Under the pieces are notes generated by a model. The model was not told where the DNA came from. It was given only the letters and a program-made list of their open reading frames with translations, and did not search any database. From the IMG/VR virus record IMGVR_UViG_3300037189_002988, positions 1 through 64,000 of that record: DNA of 64,000 bases. One strand, 5' to 3'. Positions 1 through 9,644 of the stretch are shown piece by piece; position 1 is the stretch's first letter, and each line of letters opens with the position of its first letter. The DNA comes from a virus. A program made the position numbers and the translations under genes.

Positions 1-2
1 AT

Positions 3-515
3 ATTACTACAGGTAATGACTTTCCATGGTATTGGAATGAAAATACTTCTGGCTATGAAAAGAGCGATGCTAAAGATGCAAACTTCGCGGGGTTTCAATA
101 TGGCTTCTATCATGTCTTATATCATAATGATCAAACAGTATCTCATTTCTATAAAGACTTTGAACCATTGTTATATTTTATGGAAGAAAAGACTGGCATA
201 GATGTAAAGTCTGTCTATAGAGTTAGAGCAGCCCTTAATACTTGGACTCCTAATGATCTCCAACACCATGCTCACGTAGATATGAAATATCCTCATAATG
301 TTCTTTTATATTATGTCAATGACTCAGACGGTGATACCTTTATGTATAACGAGGTTCAAGAACTCGGGGAAGAAAGTCCTACTGAATTTACTCTTCATAG
401 TAGATATACTCCTAAACAAGGAGATGCTGTATTATTCGATGGACTAAGATATCATTCTTCTAGTAAGCCTAAAGAGCATTCTAAAAGAATTATTGTCAAT
501 ATAGACTTTTACTAA
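3..515 (+). CDS. 2OG-Fe(II) oxygenase-family protein (5' truncated by window edge)
   Basis: Frame is open from the window start (ITTGNDFPWYWNENT...), upstream of the listed 168 start. HxD (HAHVD), distal H (RYHSS) and RxxxN (RIIVNIDF) motifs. Confidence 0.8.
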   Translation: MTTGNDFPWYWNENTSGYEKSDAKDANFAGFQYGFYHVLYHNDQTVSHFYKDFEPLLYFMEEKTGIDVKSVYRVRAALNTWTPNDLQHHAHVDMKYPHNVLLYYVNDSDGDTFMYNEVQELGEESPTEFTLHSRYTPKQGDAVLFDGLRYHSSSKPKEHSKRIIVNIDFY

Positions 516-539
516 AAAACCAGGGGGTAATAAAAATCC

Positions 540-752
540 CTATTCTGGTGAATATTCTTTCCATAATCCAATAGGACAAGAAGCATGAGCCATTTGGCAT
601 TTTAAATTCATAAAACAACCACATTTCTTACATTGGGAAGTCATCTTAATAAAATTATCACATGTTAGACAAGTATTTATTCTATCTGCAAATACTTCAC
701 TTGGTACATATTGTGTATTAGGGTTTAATAGATCCCATGGTTTTGCATTCAT
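540..752 (-). CDS. Small Cys-rich (Zn/Fe-S-binding) hypothetical protein
   Basis: CxxC...CxxCGC...C...CP-x3-W pattern; leaderless-type promoter upstream. Confidence 0.65.
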   Translation of the reverse strand: MNAKPWDLLNPNTQYVPSEVFADRINTCLTCDNFIKMTSQCKKCGCFMNLKCQMAHASCPIGLWKEYSPE

Positions 753-864
753 TCGATAATATTATCATACCCCCCAGAATTTTGCAAGAGAGACGATAGT
801 CTCCTATTGTGCAAAGGGGAGGGGAGTGCTATACTTATATCGCCGACTTAAAAGAATGGACTGT

Positions 865-1152
865 ATGAAGCACCTTGAATGGATCGCCGCGTTGAAAACA
901 ATGCGAAATAAGAAATATTGGAATAAACCTAATACTGTTGAATTTTGGGCTTTTTCTACAAAACTTAGCATTATCTTCCCAGGCTTGCTTTTAGGGAAAC
1001 AATGGTGGTGGTTGTATATTTTCGCCCTTGTTTCATCCCTTGCTTTAATATGGTCATCCACGAAAAAAACTTTACCGACTATAATTCTTTTTAACATCGG
1101 ATGGTCTATACTTGCTAGTATCGCCTTACTCAAACACTTTTTAGGGGCATAA
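865..1152 (+). CDS. Small membrane protein (~3 TM segments)
   Basis: Hydrophobic stretches; abuts the halogenase gene. ATG 865 (or 856) is preferred over GTG 826 because an extended -10 TGCTATACT lies at 827-835. Confidence 0.6.
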   Translation: MKHLEWIAALKTMRNKKYWNKPNTVEFWAFSTKLSIIFPGLLLGKQWWWLYIFALVSSLALIWSSTKKTLPTIILFNIGWSILASIALLKHFLGA

Positions 1153-1153
1153 C

Positions 1154-2752
1154 GTGAAATCAAAGAACATTAAAAGCATTACCATTGTTGGCGGCGGAAC
1201 TTCAGGCTGGATTACCGCCTCACTTCTAATTAACAAATTTCCAGATAAACAAATTACACTTGTTGAGTCTGAAGACATTCCTACTGTAGGTGTTGGCGAA
1301 AGTACCCTCGGCGGAATTAACTACTTATTCTATACACTAGGACTTAAAGATGAAGACTGGATGAAAAAATGTAATGCATCATACAAGATGAGTATTAAAT
1401 TTACTGACTTTTACGATAAAGATGCAGGTGGATTTCACTACCCATTCGGACAACCATATCTACAAGATACTATGTGGGGTCTATGGGATTGGCACTTAAT
1501 GAAATATAAGAATCCTGATTTATCATGGGAAGATTATTCAAGATGCTATATTCCATCAGCAGCACTATACGAACAAAATAAAATTTCAGATAATGAAAAT
1601 GGTGAATTTGACAACTTTACACCAGCAACAGATGTTGCTTATCATTTTGATGCAGCATTACTAGGAAGATTTTTAAGAGATGAATACTCAAAGCCTAGAG
1701 GTGTAACTCATATCTTTGGTACCGTAAAAGACGTAGTACTTGGAGATAAAGGTGTAGAAAATGTAGTACTAGAAGATGGAACAGTATTATCATCTGATCT
1801 ATACATTGACTGCACAGGTTTTAAGAGTCTACTATTAGATAAAGCATTAAAAGAACCATTCATTTCAAAGGCTGACGTACTAGTAAACAATAGTGCTTGG
1901 GCTACAAGAATTGAATATAAAGATAAAGAAAAAGAATTAGAACCATTTACTAATGGAACAGCAATTGAAAACGGATGGTGCTGGAATATTCCATTGTGGT
2001 CACGTCTTGGTGCTGGCTATGTATATAGCGATAAGTATGCAACACCAGAGCAAGCATTAGAAGAATTTAAAAACTATTTAATGTCTGACAAAATGGTTAT
2101 ACCTAGAACTAAAGAAGAAGTAGAGGCTTTAGAATTTAGAAGCATTAAGATGCGTGTTGGAATCCACGAAAGAACATGGGTAAAGAACGTAGTAGCAATC
2201 GGCTTATCTGCTGGCTTTATCGAACCACTAGAAAGCAATGGTTTATTTAGCGTTCACGAATTCTTATTTAAACTTGTAAGAATTTTATCTTTGCCAAAAG
2301 TAAATCAAATGGATAAAGATGTTTATAACGCATCAGTAAGAGGTATGTTTGAAAACTTTACAGAGTTTGTTTCATTACACTATGCATTAAGTCACAGAGA
2401 TGATACCAAGTACTGGCAAGATATTCAAGAAAGAACATTTAGTGAAAAGATGGTCAAGTTAATTCCAGACAGAACTGTTGGTTACTTTGACTTCCAAGAT
2501 CTATATATGTTTAAGCAACAATATTCTGATCCACATGGAGGTATTCATTTCATTGCTACTGGTCTTCAATATCAATTATTAGATGATCATACATTTGCTG
2601 GAAAAAAACTTGCAAATCCATATCAAAACTATAATGAAATAAATACTACTATAAAAGCCAACTTCTTAAATAAAAAGAACAGATGGATGAAGGCTGCTGA
2701 AAAAGCACCTAAGTTAACAGAATATCTAAAGAATAGAATCTATAAAGATTAG
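1154..2752 (+). CDS. Flavin-dependent (tryptophan-halogenase family, PrnA-like) halogenase
   Basis: GGGTSG FAD-binding motif, VGVGEST, catalytic-Lys region SYKMSIKF, WCWNIP motif, FIEPLESNG. Confidence 0.9.
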   Translation: MKSKNIKSITIVGGGTSGWITASLLINKFPDKQITLVESEDIPTVGVGESTLGGINYLFYTLGLKDEDWMKKCNASYKMSIKFTDFYDKDAGGFHYPFGQPYLQDTMWGLWDWHLMKYKNPDLSWEDYSRCYIPSAALYEQNKISDNENGEFDNFTPATDVAYHFDAALLGRFLRDEYSKPRGVTHIFGTVKDVVLGDKGVENVVLEDGTVLSSDLYIDCTGFKSLLLDKALKEPFISKADVLVNNSAWATRIEYKDKEKELEPFTNGTAIENGWCWNIPLWSRLGAGYVYSDKYATPEQALEEFKNYLMSDKMVIPRTKEEVEALEFRSIKMRVGIHERTWVKNVVAIGLSAGFIEPLESNGLFSVHEFLFKLVRILSLPKVNQMDKDVYNASVRGMFENFTEFVSLHYALSHRDDTKYWQDIQERTFSEKMVKLIPDRTVGYFDFQDLYMFKQQYSDPHGGIHFIATGLQYQLLDDHTFAGKKLANPYQNYNEINTTIKANFLNKKNRWMKAAEKAPKLTEYLKNRIYKD

Positions 2753-2802
2753 TAAAAGGAGAGAGCCAACCCCTGTGGTGTGGTGGTGGGGGGCTGGCTC
2801 TC
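2753..2802 (-). terminator. Intrinsic terminator (minus strand)
   Basis: 13-bp stem 2761-2773/2790-2802, fully paired on the minus strand only (one G-U), followed by tcctttt. Confidence 0.7.
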
Positions 2803-2832
2803 AGACTATGAGGAACTATATGTGTTCCAGAC
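2753..2832 (-). ncRNA. Candidate ~80-nt small RNA
   Basis: TATAAT at 2843-2838 directly after the upstream stop, no ATG downstream, small stem ggaac/gttcc, then the terminator hairpin with a C/A-rich loop. Confidence 0.35.
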
Positions 2833-2845
2833 TTATTATTATACC

Positions 2846-3091
2846 TTAGTTTGCAGATCCTGTCAAACGATTTTCAACTAACTTTTCTCTTTCATCAATA
2901 ATTTTAAAAGCCCATTCTTTAATAGAGTCTTCTACTTTCTTATAATGATGTCCACAGAATAATAATTCTCCAGATACCCCGCTTGCACTAACATAGGCTT
3001 GAGCCTCACAGCGATCACAACGATCTAAGGCTGTCAATTTGTATTTAACTTCTTCTTTTTCAATCAATTTAGATTTTGTCATATTCACCAC
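2846..3091 (-). CDS. Small actinobacterial-type Zn-finger protein
   Basis: LTALDRCDRCEAQAYV...GELLFCGHH pattern typical of small actinobacterial proteins. AAGGAG SD suggests the start at ATG 3082. Confidence 0.7.
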   Translation of the reverse strand: MVNMTKSKLIEKEEVKYKLTALDRCDRCEAQAYVSASGVSGELLFCGHHYKKVEDSIKEWAFKIIDEREKLVENRLTGSAN

Positions 3092-3159
3092 TCCTTGGTA
3101 TTAATTATAAGGGGTAAAAAGATAGATTGTCAATAATAAAATGTTACAATGATAATGTT

Positions 3160-3471
3160 ATGAATTTTAATATCTTAACCTCTACCGCCGAATTATGGCA
3201 AACCCTCACAATTATAGGTGTAGCCCTCAGTGTTGGTTATGCAATGGCTAGAAGATTTGAAGGACTTCTTAGTAAAAATAAAAAAGGTGACACAATAGTT
3301 GAAAGATTAGAAAAAATAGAAAGACAACTACAGCCAAATGGCGGGTCAAGTATGTCAGACAAAATTGACTATATTCGTAGAGATCAAAATAAAATGAAAA
3401 ATGAACTTTCTCAAATTTCTGGAGAATTAGAAGTAATTAAAGATATCGTAATCTCAATAGTAGAAAAATAA
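3160..3471 (+). CDS. Single-TM membrane protein with coiled coil
   Basis: N-terminal TM, PNGGSSMSD motif, heptads. ATG 3160 is preferred over TTG 3127. Confidence 0.6.
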   Translation: MNFNILTSTAELWQTLTIIGVALSVGYAMARRFEGLLSKNKKGDTIVERLEKIERQLQPNGGSSMSDKIDYIRRDQNKMKNELSQISGELEVIKDIVISIVEK

Positions 3472-3515
3472 TTTGGTATAATGAAACTAAGGCGTACAGC
3501 CTTTAGGAGTACCCT

Positions 3516-3860
3516 ATGACCCCAGGGAAATTGAATTTTGTCTGTCCACAAGGAAGCACATTCCGTAGGACATTGACCTATAAAATTGACGAAACACCAG
3601 TAAATCTAACTGGATATTCTGCACGTCTACAAGTAAGAGAAACTCACGACTCAACTGACTATATTGTATATCTAACAAATGGAAATGGCATTACCCTTGG
3701 TGGAAGTGCTGGAACAATTGATATCTTAATAGCAGATTCAACAACAACAAACTTCATCACTGGGGACCACGTTTACGATCTAGAAGTAGAATCAGTAAGT
3801 GGTATTACAGATCGTTTAATCGAAGGTAGATTTAATGTCACCCCAGAGGTGACTCGTTAA
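3516..3860 (+). CDS. Baseplate/tail-fibre attachment protein (BppU-like beta-sandwich)
   Basis: QGSTF...PVNLTGYSARLQVR...YDLEV...EGRFNVTPEVT; paralog of 23928..24278. Confidence 0.65.
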   Translation: MTPGKLNFVCPQGSTFRRTLTYKIDETPVNLTGYSARLQVRETHDSTDYIVYLTNGNGITLGGSAGTIDILIADSTTTNFITGDHVYDLEVESVSGITDRLIEGRFNVTPEVTR

Positions 3861-4204
3861 TGGCAGAAGTAACTGTATCAGTTGTTGAAAGTCCAGTAAC
3901 AGTTATCTCTGCAGAACAAAATGTAGATGTATCAGTAAACGAACAAACAGTTGTAATCAGTCTTGGAACCTCTGGTCCACAAGGCCCAGCAGGAACAGTT
4001 GATTATGGCGAGTTAGGATATGTTCATACACAAACAACAGCAGCAACAGTATGGACTGTCAATCACGGATTAGGGTTTATACCTAATGTAACAGTAGTAG
4101 ATTCAGCAGGAACAGTTATTGAGGGGTCATATAACTATCCTAATGAAAATACTATAGTACTAACCTTTGCTGGAGCATTTTCAGGAAAGGCTTATTTTTC
4201 ATAA
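3860..4204 (+). CDS. Tail-fibre connector protein
   Basis: Short collagen-like GPQGPAG; C-terminal WTVNHGLG domain; translationally coupled. Confidence 0.55.
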   Translation: MAEVTVSVVESPVTVISAEQNVDVSVNEQTVVISLGTSGPQGPAGTVDYGELGYVHTQTTAATVWTVNHGLGFIPNVTVVDSAGTVIEGSYNYPNENTIVLTFAGAFSGKAYFS

Positions 4205-4222
4205 AAAGGGCAGGTGAAATAA

Positions 4223-5641
4223 ATGAGTAGAAAATTTTTAACGAACTTAGATCTTAATACCAATCAATTACTGAATGGTGTTATTCAAAATCTTGGAACA
4301 GATCCAGAAACTGGAAAAGCAGGTCAAGTTTATTTTAATACCTCAAATCAAAAATTAAAATTCTACAATGGCTCTGCTTCAGCATGGCAATTCGTAGGTG
4401 CTTCTAACGAAGAAATTGAAGATTTAATTGCACAATTAATTGATGCAGGAACTGGTATTTCTGTAAACTATAATGACGAAACAAGTAGTTTAGTTATTAC
4501 TAACACTGGTGTAACAGCCCTTGTTGGTACTGCAAACGAAATTGACGTATCTGCATCAACAGGTTCTGTAACACTAAGTTTACCATCAACAATTAATGCT
4601 AACACTACAGGAAACGCAGCAACTGCTTCTGCATTAGAAACAGCAAGAACAATCTCCCTAGGTGGAGATTTAAGTGGTAGTGCTAGTTTTAAAGGTGATC
4701 AAAATATCACAATTAATGCAACAGTTCAACCAAACTCTGTAGCACTAGGAACTGATACAACAGGTGACTATGTTGCATCTGCATCAGCAGGAACTGGTAT
4801 TAGTATTAGCGGAAGTGGCGAAGGTGCTGCTTTAACAATTACTAACACTGGCGTAACAAGTCTTTCTGGAACAAACAATGAAATTACTGTATCTGCATCA
4901 GCAGGTGCTGTACAAATTGGTTTGCCAGATAACGTAACAGTCGCTGGTGATTTAGTTGTAGACGGAAACTTAACAGTATCAGGTAGCACAACATACTTAA
5001 ATACAGCAACACTAACTGTAGAAGACAACATTGTTCTTCTTAACAGTAATGCCACAGGAACTCCTGTTGCAGATGCTGGTATTGAAGTAGAACGTGGAGA
5101 CGGACCTAATTCATCTTTTTATTGGGATGAATCAGAAGGTAAGTGGACTTCAAGTAACGGTGTAACAAATACTGCCGTATCGCTAGAAGGACACGGACAC
5201 TCTTCAATTAACATTAGTGACTTTCAAGAGGCCGTAGAAGATGTAGTTGGAGCAATGGCAACAGATTCTGGAACCATTGACTTTGCTTACACTGATAACG
5301 GAACAGGTGCTGGAACACTTAGTGCTTCCGTAGTACTTGCCGCATCTAATTCATACTTGTCAAGAGCAGCAGGATTAGCAGTAGATAAGTCAGCATTAGA
5401 AACAGCACTCGTAACAGATGGCTTCACAAAGAAGGCTTCTGCTAACGTTGGAAACGGTTCATCACTTTCATTTGCAATTACTCATAATCTAAACAGCAGA
5501 GATGTTGTTGTAAACGTTTATGATAATTCTTCTTTTGACACAGTAGAAACTGATGTTGTTAGAACAGACGCAAATACAGTAACTGTATCATTTGCAACAG
5601 CACCAACAAACAACGCATACCGCGTAGTTATCGTTGGATAG
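4223..5641 (+). CDS. Tail-fibre shaft protein
   Basis: S/T/G/N-rich beta repeats (ITNTGVT x2), VEDNIVLLN...AGIEVERG motif, C-terminal ITHNLN domain. Confidence 0.65.
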   Translation: MSRKFLTNLDLNTNQLLNGVIQNLGTDPETGKAGQVYFNTSNQKLKFYNGSASAWQFVGASNEEIEDLIAQLIDAGTGISVNYNDETSSLVITNTGVTALVGTANEIDVSASTGSVTLSLPSTINANTTGNAATASALETARTISLGGDLSGSASFKGDQNITINATVQPNSVALGTDTTGDYVASASAGTGISISGSGEGAALTITNTGVTSLSGTNNEITVSASAGAVQIGLPDNVTVAGDLVVDGNLTVSGSTTYLNTATLTVEDNIVLLNSNATGTPVADAGIEVERGDGPNSSFYWDESEGKWTSSNGVTNTAVSLEGHGHSSINISDFQEAVEDVVGAMATDSGTIDFAYTDNGTGAGTLSASVVLAASNSYLSRAAGLAVDKSALETALVTDGFTKKASANVGNGSSLSFAITHNLNSRDVVVNVYDNSSFDTVETDVVRTDANTVTVSFATAPTNNAYRVVIVG

Positions 5642-5654
5642 TATAAAATATATT

Positions 5655-5682
5655 GAGGGGGTAGTGAAACACCTACCCTCTC
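5655..5682 (+). other. Intergenic stem-loop (possible attenuator/processing site)
   Basis: gagggggtag...ctaccctctc stem with a GAAA-containing loop; no clear U-tract. Confidence 0.4.
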
Positions 5683-5697
5683 TAACTAAGGATTAAA

Positions 5698-8600
5698 ATG
5701 GCAAAAAGGTTTTTAACACCTACAGGTTTAGTGAGTTTAGCCTCAGATCCAGCAACTGGGTCAGAGGGTAATCTGTACTTTAATAATACCTCTGATGTCA
5801 TTAAAATATATAGAAATGGTGCTTGGGAAAACTTAGTACATACAAGTGAAGAAATACAAGATGCAGCATCAGGTCTTTTAGACCATAGTAATCATGTAAA
5901 CATAGAAGCAACATATGACGACAATAATAATCAAATAATTTTAGAAGCAGATTTATCATCAGTAGGAGCAACAGGATACTATGGATCTTTTTACCATAGT
6001 TCTTCTGCAATAATAAGTGCGTCTGCAACAACACAAGAAGTAGTAATTCCAATTAATACAACAGCAGAAGCAAATGGTGTATCAATTCAAAATAATATTT
6101 CAGGAAAACCAACAAGAATAAAATTTGCAAATGCTGGTGTTTACAATATTCAATTTTCAGTACAATTAGCAAATAGTAATAATACAATTCATAATGCTAC
6201 TATCTGGCTTAAAAAGAATGGAACTAATGTTCCTTCATCAAGTGGTCAAGTAACTGTACCAGAAAAACATGGAGGTGTTAATGGTCAAATAATTCAAGCA
6301 TGGAATTATGTAATGAGTTTAGCAGCAAATGATTTTATTGAATTTTATTTTCAAGTAGAAGATATAGGTATATTTATTGAAACAATTCCTGTTGGAACAA
6401 CACCAACAACTCCAGAAAGTCCAGCAATTATTGTTACAGCACAACAAATTACAAATACACTTGCTCCAGGATTTGGCGGTAGTGGAAGTTCATTCTATCT
6501 AAATGATCTATTAGATGTATCTATTATTAGTCCAGAGAATCATCAATTAGTAGCATTTAATCAAGAAACAGGATTATGGAAGAATTTACACCCCTCAGAA
6601 ATTAACTTAGCAACATTAACAAATTTAAACTCAGCAAGCACATCACTTCTTGCATCAGCATCAACACTTTATATTCCAAAGACTGATCAACAGTCAATAA
6701 TTAACACAGCATCAGCAGCAGCAGTAAACTATGTTGTTGATTCAGCACCAGGTGCACTAGATACTCTAAATGAATTAGCAGCAGCATTAAACGATGATGC
6801 AAACTTTGCTTCTACCGTTATAGGAACAATAGCATCATCATCTGCAGCAGCAGTATCATCAGCAGTTTCTTCAGCAAGTGCAAATACTGTATCTCAAATT
6901 AATGCTTTAACTACATCTGATATTGAAGAGGGTAGCAGACTATACTTTACAAATCAAAGATCTTTAACTACAGCATCAACTGCTTTAGTACATAGCAATC
7001 ATACAAATATTACTGCTACATACAACTCAGCAAGTAATCAAATTATATTAACAGGAAATGCTGGAGGTGGTGGAGCAGGTGGTGATGGTGCCTCTGTTAT
7101 ATATTCAACAGAACAACCAGATACAAGCCAACTCTCTATTGGTGATATATGGGTAGATAGTAACGCTTCTGTGGGGTATAGTGGAAGTTCTACTCCTTTT
7201 GTAAATCAACTTACATATTGGTTAGAAGATGATAATGGAAATCTATTACCAGATGCAGATAATGTTTACTCAGTAGGATCAAGTGCTTTTAGAGTAAAAG
7301 ACTTATATCTTGGTGCTTCATCTCTTTATATGCAAAATCCATCAAGTCCTAATCAAAATATTGCATTAACTATGGACTTAAATGGAAATATGCAAATTGG
7401 AAATCATAAGATTATTACTACTGGAAATGCTCAATCAAATCTAGACTTATCATCATATGCAACAAAACTTTATGCAAATTCAGCAAGTGCTTATGCTTTA
7501 AATTCAGCAAGTGCTTATACACAGTCACAACTTGACAGTGCATCATCAAATCTTACATCTTCAATAAATACAAAACTTTCTATACAATCAGCATCAACAA
7601 CATATGCTACAAAGGCAGAATTATCAAATGTTAATGTTGACTTATCAGCATACTTAAGTAAGGCTGAGGCTAGTGCAATGTATCAAAAACGTATTCCATA
7701 TTCATCTGCATCTCCTACCCCTACACAATTGGGTGATATGTGGGTTGATAATACAGGAACTGCTGCAATTTTAAATATTTGGGATGGAAATGAATGGAAG
7801 TATGAATCATATGTACCAACTCCAAATGTTCTGTCAATTCTTCCAGTTAGTTCAACATCAGCAGGAACTATTATAGATATTACTGGAGCAAACTTTGTAT
7901 CTGGTGCAACAGTACAGTTTATTGGAACAAATGGTACACCATATAATGCAACAGTTGTTCAAAGAGTTTCAGCAACATTACTAAAAGCAACCACACCAGC
8001 ACTTGCACAAGCATATGAACCATATAGTATTAAAGTTATAAACCCAAGTGGAAACTATGGAATATTGGCTGGAGCATTAGATGCTGGATCTACACCAGCA
8101 TGGATTACACCACAAGGATCTATAGGAACTCTTTACGATATTGAAAGAGGAATTAAAACATTTAATGTTAGTGCTAGTGATGCAGATTTACAAAGTCTTC
8201 AATATTCAATTGTTGGAGGAGCACTACCTGCTGGAATGATTTTAAGTGCATCTGCTGGAGTAATATCTGGATTAGCGTCTCCAGTTGTAAATGACACAAC
8301 ATATACATTTGATGTAAGAGCAAGTGATGGAATAAACTCATCAACCAGAACATTTAGTTTATTAATGAAAGCACCAGTAACAATAACATATACATCAGTT
8401 GGAAGCAACACATTTACTGCACCTACTGCATTAACTTATGTTAAAATTCTTCTAGTTGGTGGAGGTGGAGGTGCTGGAAGCAGTCGAGGAAATGGACCTG
8501 GCGGTAACGGTGGTGGTGGTGGTATTGTTTATAATCCATTAGTTGCTGTAACTGCTGGACAAACTTATTCATTAAACGTTGGTGGTGCAGGATCAGGTTC

Positions 8601-8931
8601 TGGATGTAATAATCAATCTGGATGTAGCGGTGGAGTAACAACAGGATTTGGTGGAACAGCAGGTGGTGGAGGTGGTGGTGTATCAGAACATAACGGAAAT
8701 TGTAACAGTGGTTGGGCTGGAACATCTTCAATGGTTGGAGCAACAGCACTTTATGAAGGTGGTTCTGGAGGATGTTCATTTGGTGCAGGTGGTGGAGGAA
8801 CACAATACTCAAACTCTGAATTTGGATCACCTACAACATTTGGTGGACAGTGTGCATCACAATATTATGGTGGTGGAGGATGTCACTCAGGTGGCGGCGG
8901 AGCACAGGGTATTATTAGGGTTAAATACTAA
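5698..8931 (+). CDS. Large tail-fibre protein with IPT/Ig-like domains and a C-terminal glycine-rich domain
   Basis: APGALDTLNELAAAL fibre motif, ITGANFVSGATV (IPT/TIG-like), GALPAGMIL...GVISG (putative Ig), C-terminal Gly-rich domain. Confidence 0.7.
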   Translation: MAKRFLTPTGLVSLASDPATGSEGNLYFNNTSDVIKIYRNGAWENLVHTSEEIQDAASGLLDHSNHVNIEATYDDNNNQIILEADLSSVGATGYYGSFYHSSSAIISASATTQEVVIPINTTAEANGVSIQNNISGKPTRIKFANAGVYNIQFSVQLANSNNTIHNATIWLKKNGTNVPSSSGQVTVPEKHGGVNGQIIQAWNYVMSLAANDFIEFYFQVEDIGIFIETIPVGTTPTTPESPAIIVTAQQITNTLAPGFGGSGSSFYLNDLLDVSIISPENHQLVAFNQETGLWKNLHPSEINLATLTNLNSASTSLLASASTLYIPKTDQQSIINTASAAAVNYVVDSAPGALDTLNELAAALNDDANFASTVIGTIASSSAAAVSSAVSSASANTVSQINALTTSDIEEGSRLYFTNQRSLTTASTALVHSNHTNITATYNSASNQIILTGNAGGGGAGGDGASVIYSTEQPDTSQLSIGDIWVDSNASVGYSGSSTPFVNQLTYWLEDDNGNLLPDADNVYSVGSSAFRVKDLYLGASSLYMQNPSSPNQNIALTMDLNGNMQIGNHKIITTGNAQSNLDLSSYATKLYANSASAYALNSASAYTQSQLDSASSNLTSSINTKLSIQSASTTYATKAELSNVNVDLSAYLSKAEASAMYQKRIPYSSASPTPTQLGDMWVDNTGTAAILNIWDGNEWKYESYVPTPNVLSILPVSSTSAGTIIDITGANFVSGATVQFIGTNGTPYNATVVQRVSATLLKATTPALAQAYEPYSIKVINPSGNYGILAGALDAGSTPAWITPQGSIGTLYDIERGIKTFNVSASDADLQSLQYSIVGGALPAGMILSASAGVISGLASPVVNDTTYTFDVRASDGINSSTRTFSLLMKAPVTITYTSVGSNTFTAPTALTYVKILLVGGGGGAGSSRGNGPGGNGGGGGIVYNPLVAVTAGQTYSLNVGGAGSGSGCNNQSGCSGGVTTGFGGTAGGGGGGVSEHNGNCNSGWAGTSSMVGATALYEGGSGGCSFGAGGGGTQYSNSEFGSPTTFGGQCASQYYGGGGCHSGGGGAQGIIRVKY

Positions 8932-8948
8932 GGGGTTATGATTATAAT

Positions 8949-9644
8949 ATGTCTTCAGCACAAATACTAGATATTACTAGACCAGCATATGTTTGGAATG
9001 GCACTAACTGGGTGCCAATTACTCAAACAAGAAACGATGCTGTTCTTTATCAACCAACTCAACCAGACGTTAGTGCTTTAGATGTAGGAACAGTCTGGGT
9101 AGATAGTAATGATTATCTAGGTACTGGAATAGTAAATCCTAATGGATTTGGATACATAACAACAACTCCAGCAACACAACAAATATTAGCAGACTCAGAT
9201 TTTGATAATATTAATCTACAGGCTGGAAATAGCATAACAATTAATGCTGCTAGTGCTACAAATACTATTACTATATCTTCTACAATTACAAACTTAAATA
9301 GTCTTACAGATAGCACTATTGCTTCCCCTTCAAATAATCAATTATTAGCATATAATTCTTCTTCCGCTCAATGGACTAATCAGAATATAATGAATATTCT
9401 TTCTACCGCCAATGCTTCAGCAACATACTTAACAGTAACAGCAGCATCTGCTACATATGAACCAAATATTACCTATAATTCTTCATCCCCTGCATATCAA
9501 ATTGCAACTGGACAACTTTGGATTGATACAACAGATGCCGAGGCACCAATATTGAAAGTGTATAATGGAAGTACCTGGATTGAAATGTCAGGTGCTGGTG
9601 GCGGTGGGGATGTCTTTGACACACTGCTGCTTATGGGAGTATAA
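8949..9644 (+). CDS. Tail-fibre arm protein
   Basis: N-terminal RPAYVWNG..W motif, G.LW.D...LKVYNG..W domain, C-terminal GGGG-D.F..LLMGV. Confidence 0.55.
   Translation: MSSAQILDITRPAYVWNGTNWVPITQTRNDAVLYQPTQPDVSALDVGTVWVDSNDYLGTGIVNPNGFGYITTTPATQQILADSDFDNINLQAGNSITINAASATNTITISSTITNLNSLTDSTIASPSNNQLLAYNSSSAQWTNQNIMNILSTANASATYLTVTAASATYEPNITYNSSSPAYQIATGQLWIDTTDAEAPILKVYNGSTWIEMSGAGGGGDVFDTLLLMGV

Noticed and set aside
16-201. 61-aa ORF
   Set aside because: Overlaps the real oxygenase frame, which is open from the window start.
804-1163. 119-aa minus-strand ORF
   Set aside because: Fully antisense to the membrane-protein gene that is coupled to the halogenase.
8941-8951. TATAAT immediately before ATG 8949 as a promoter
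   Set aside because: Zero spacing would put the transcription start inside the gene; not counted.
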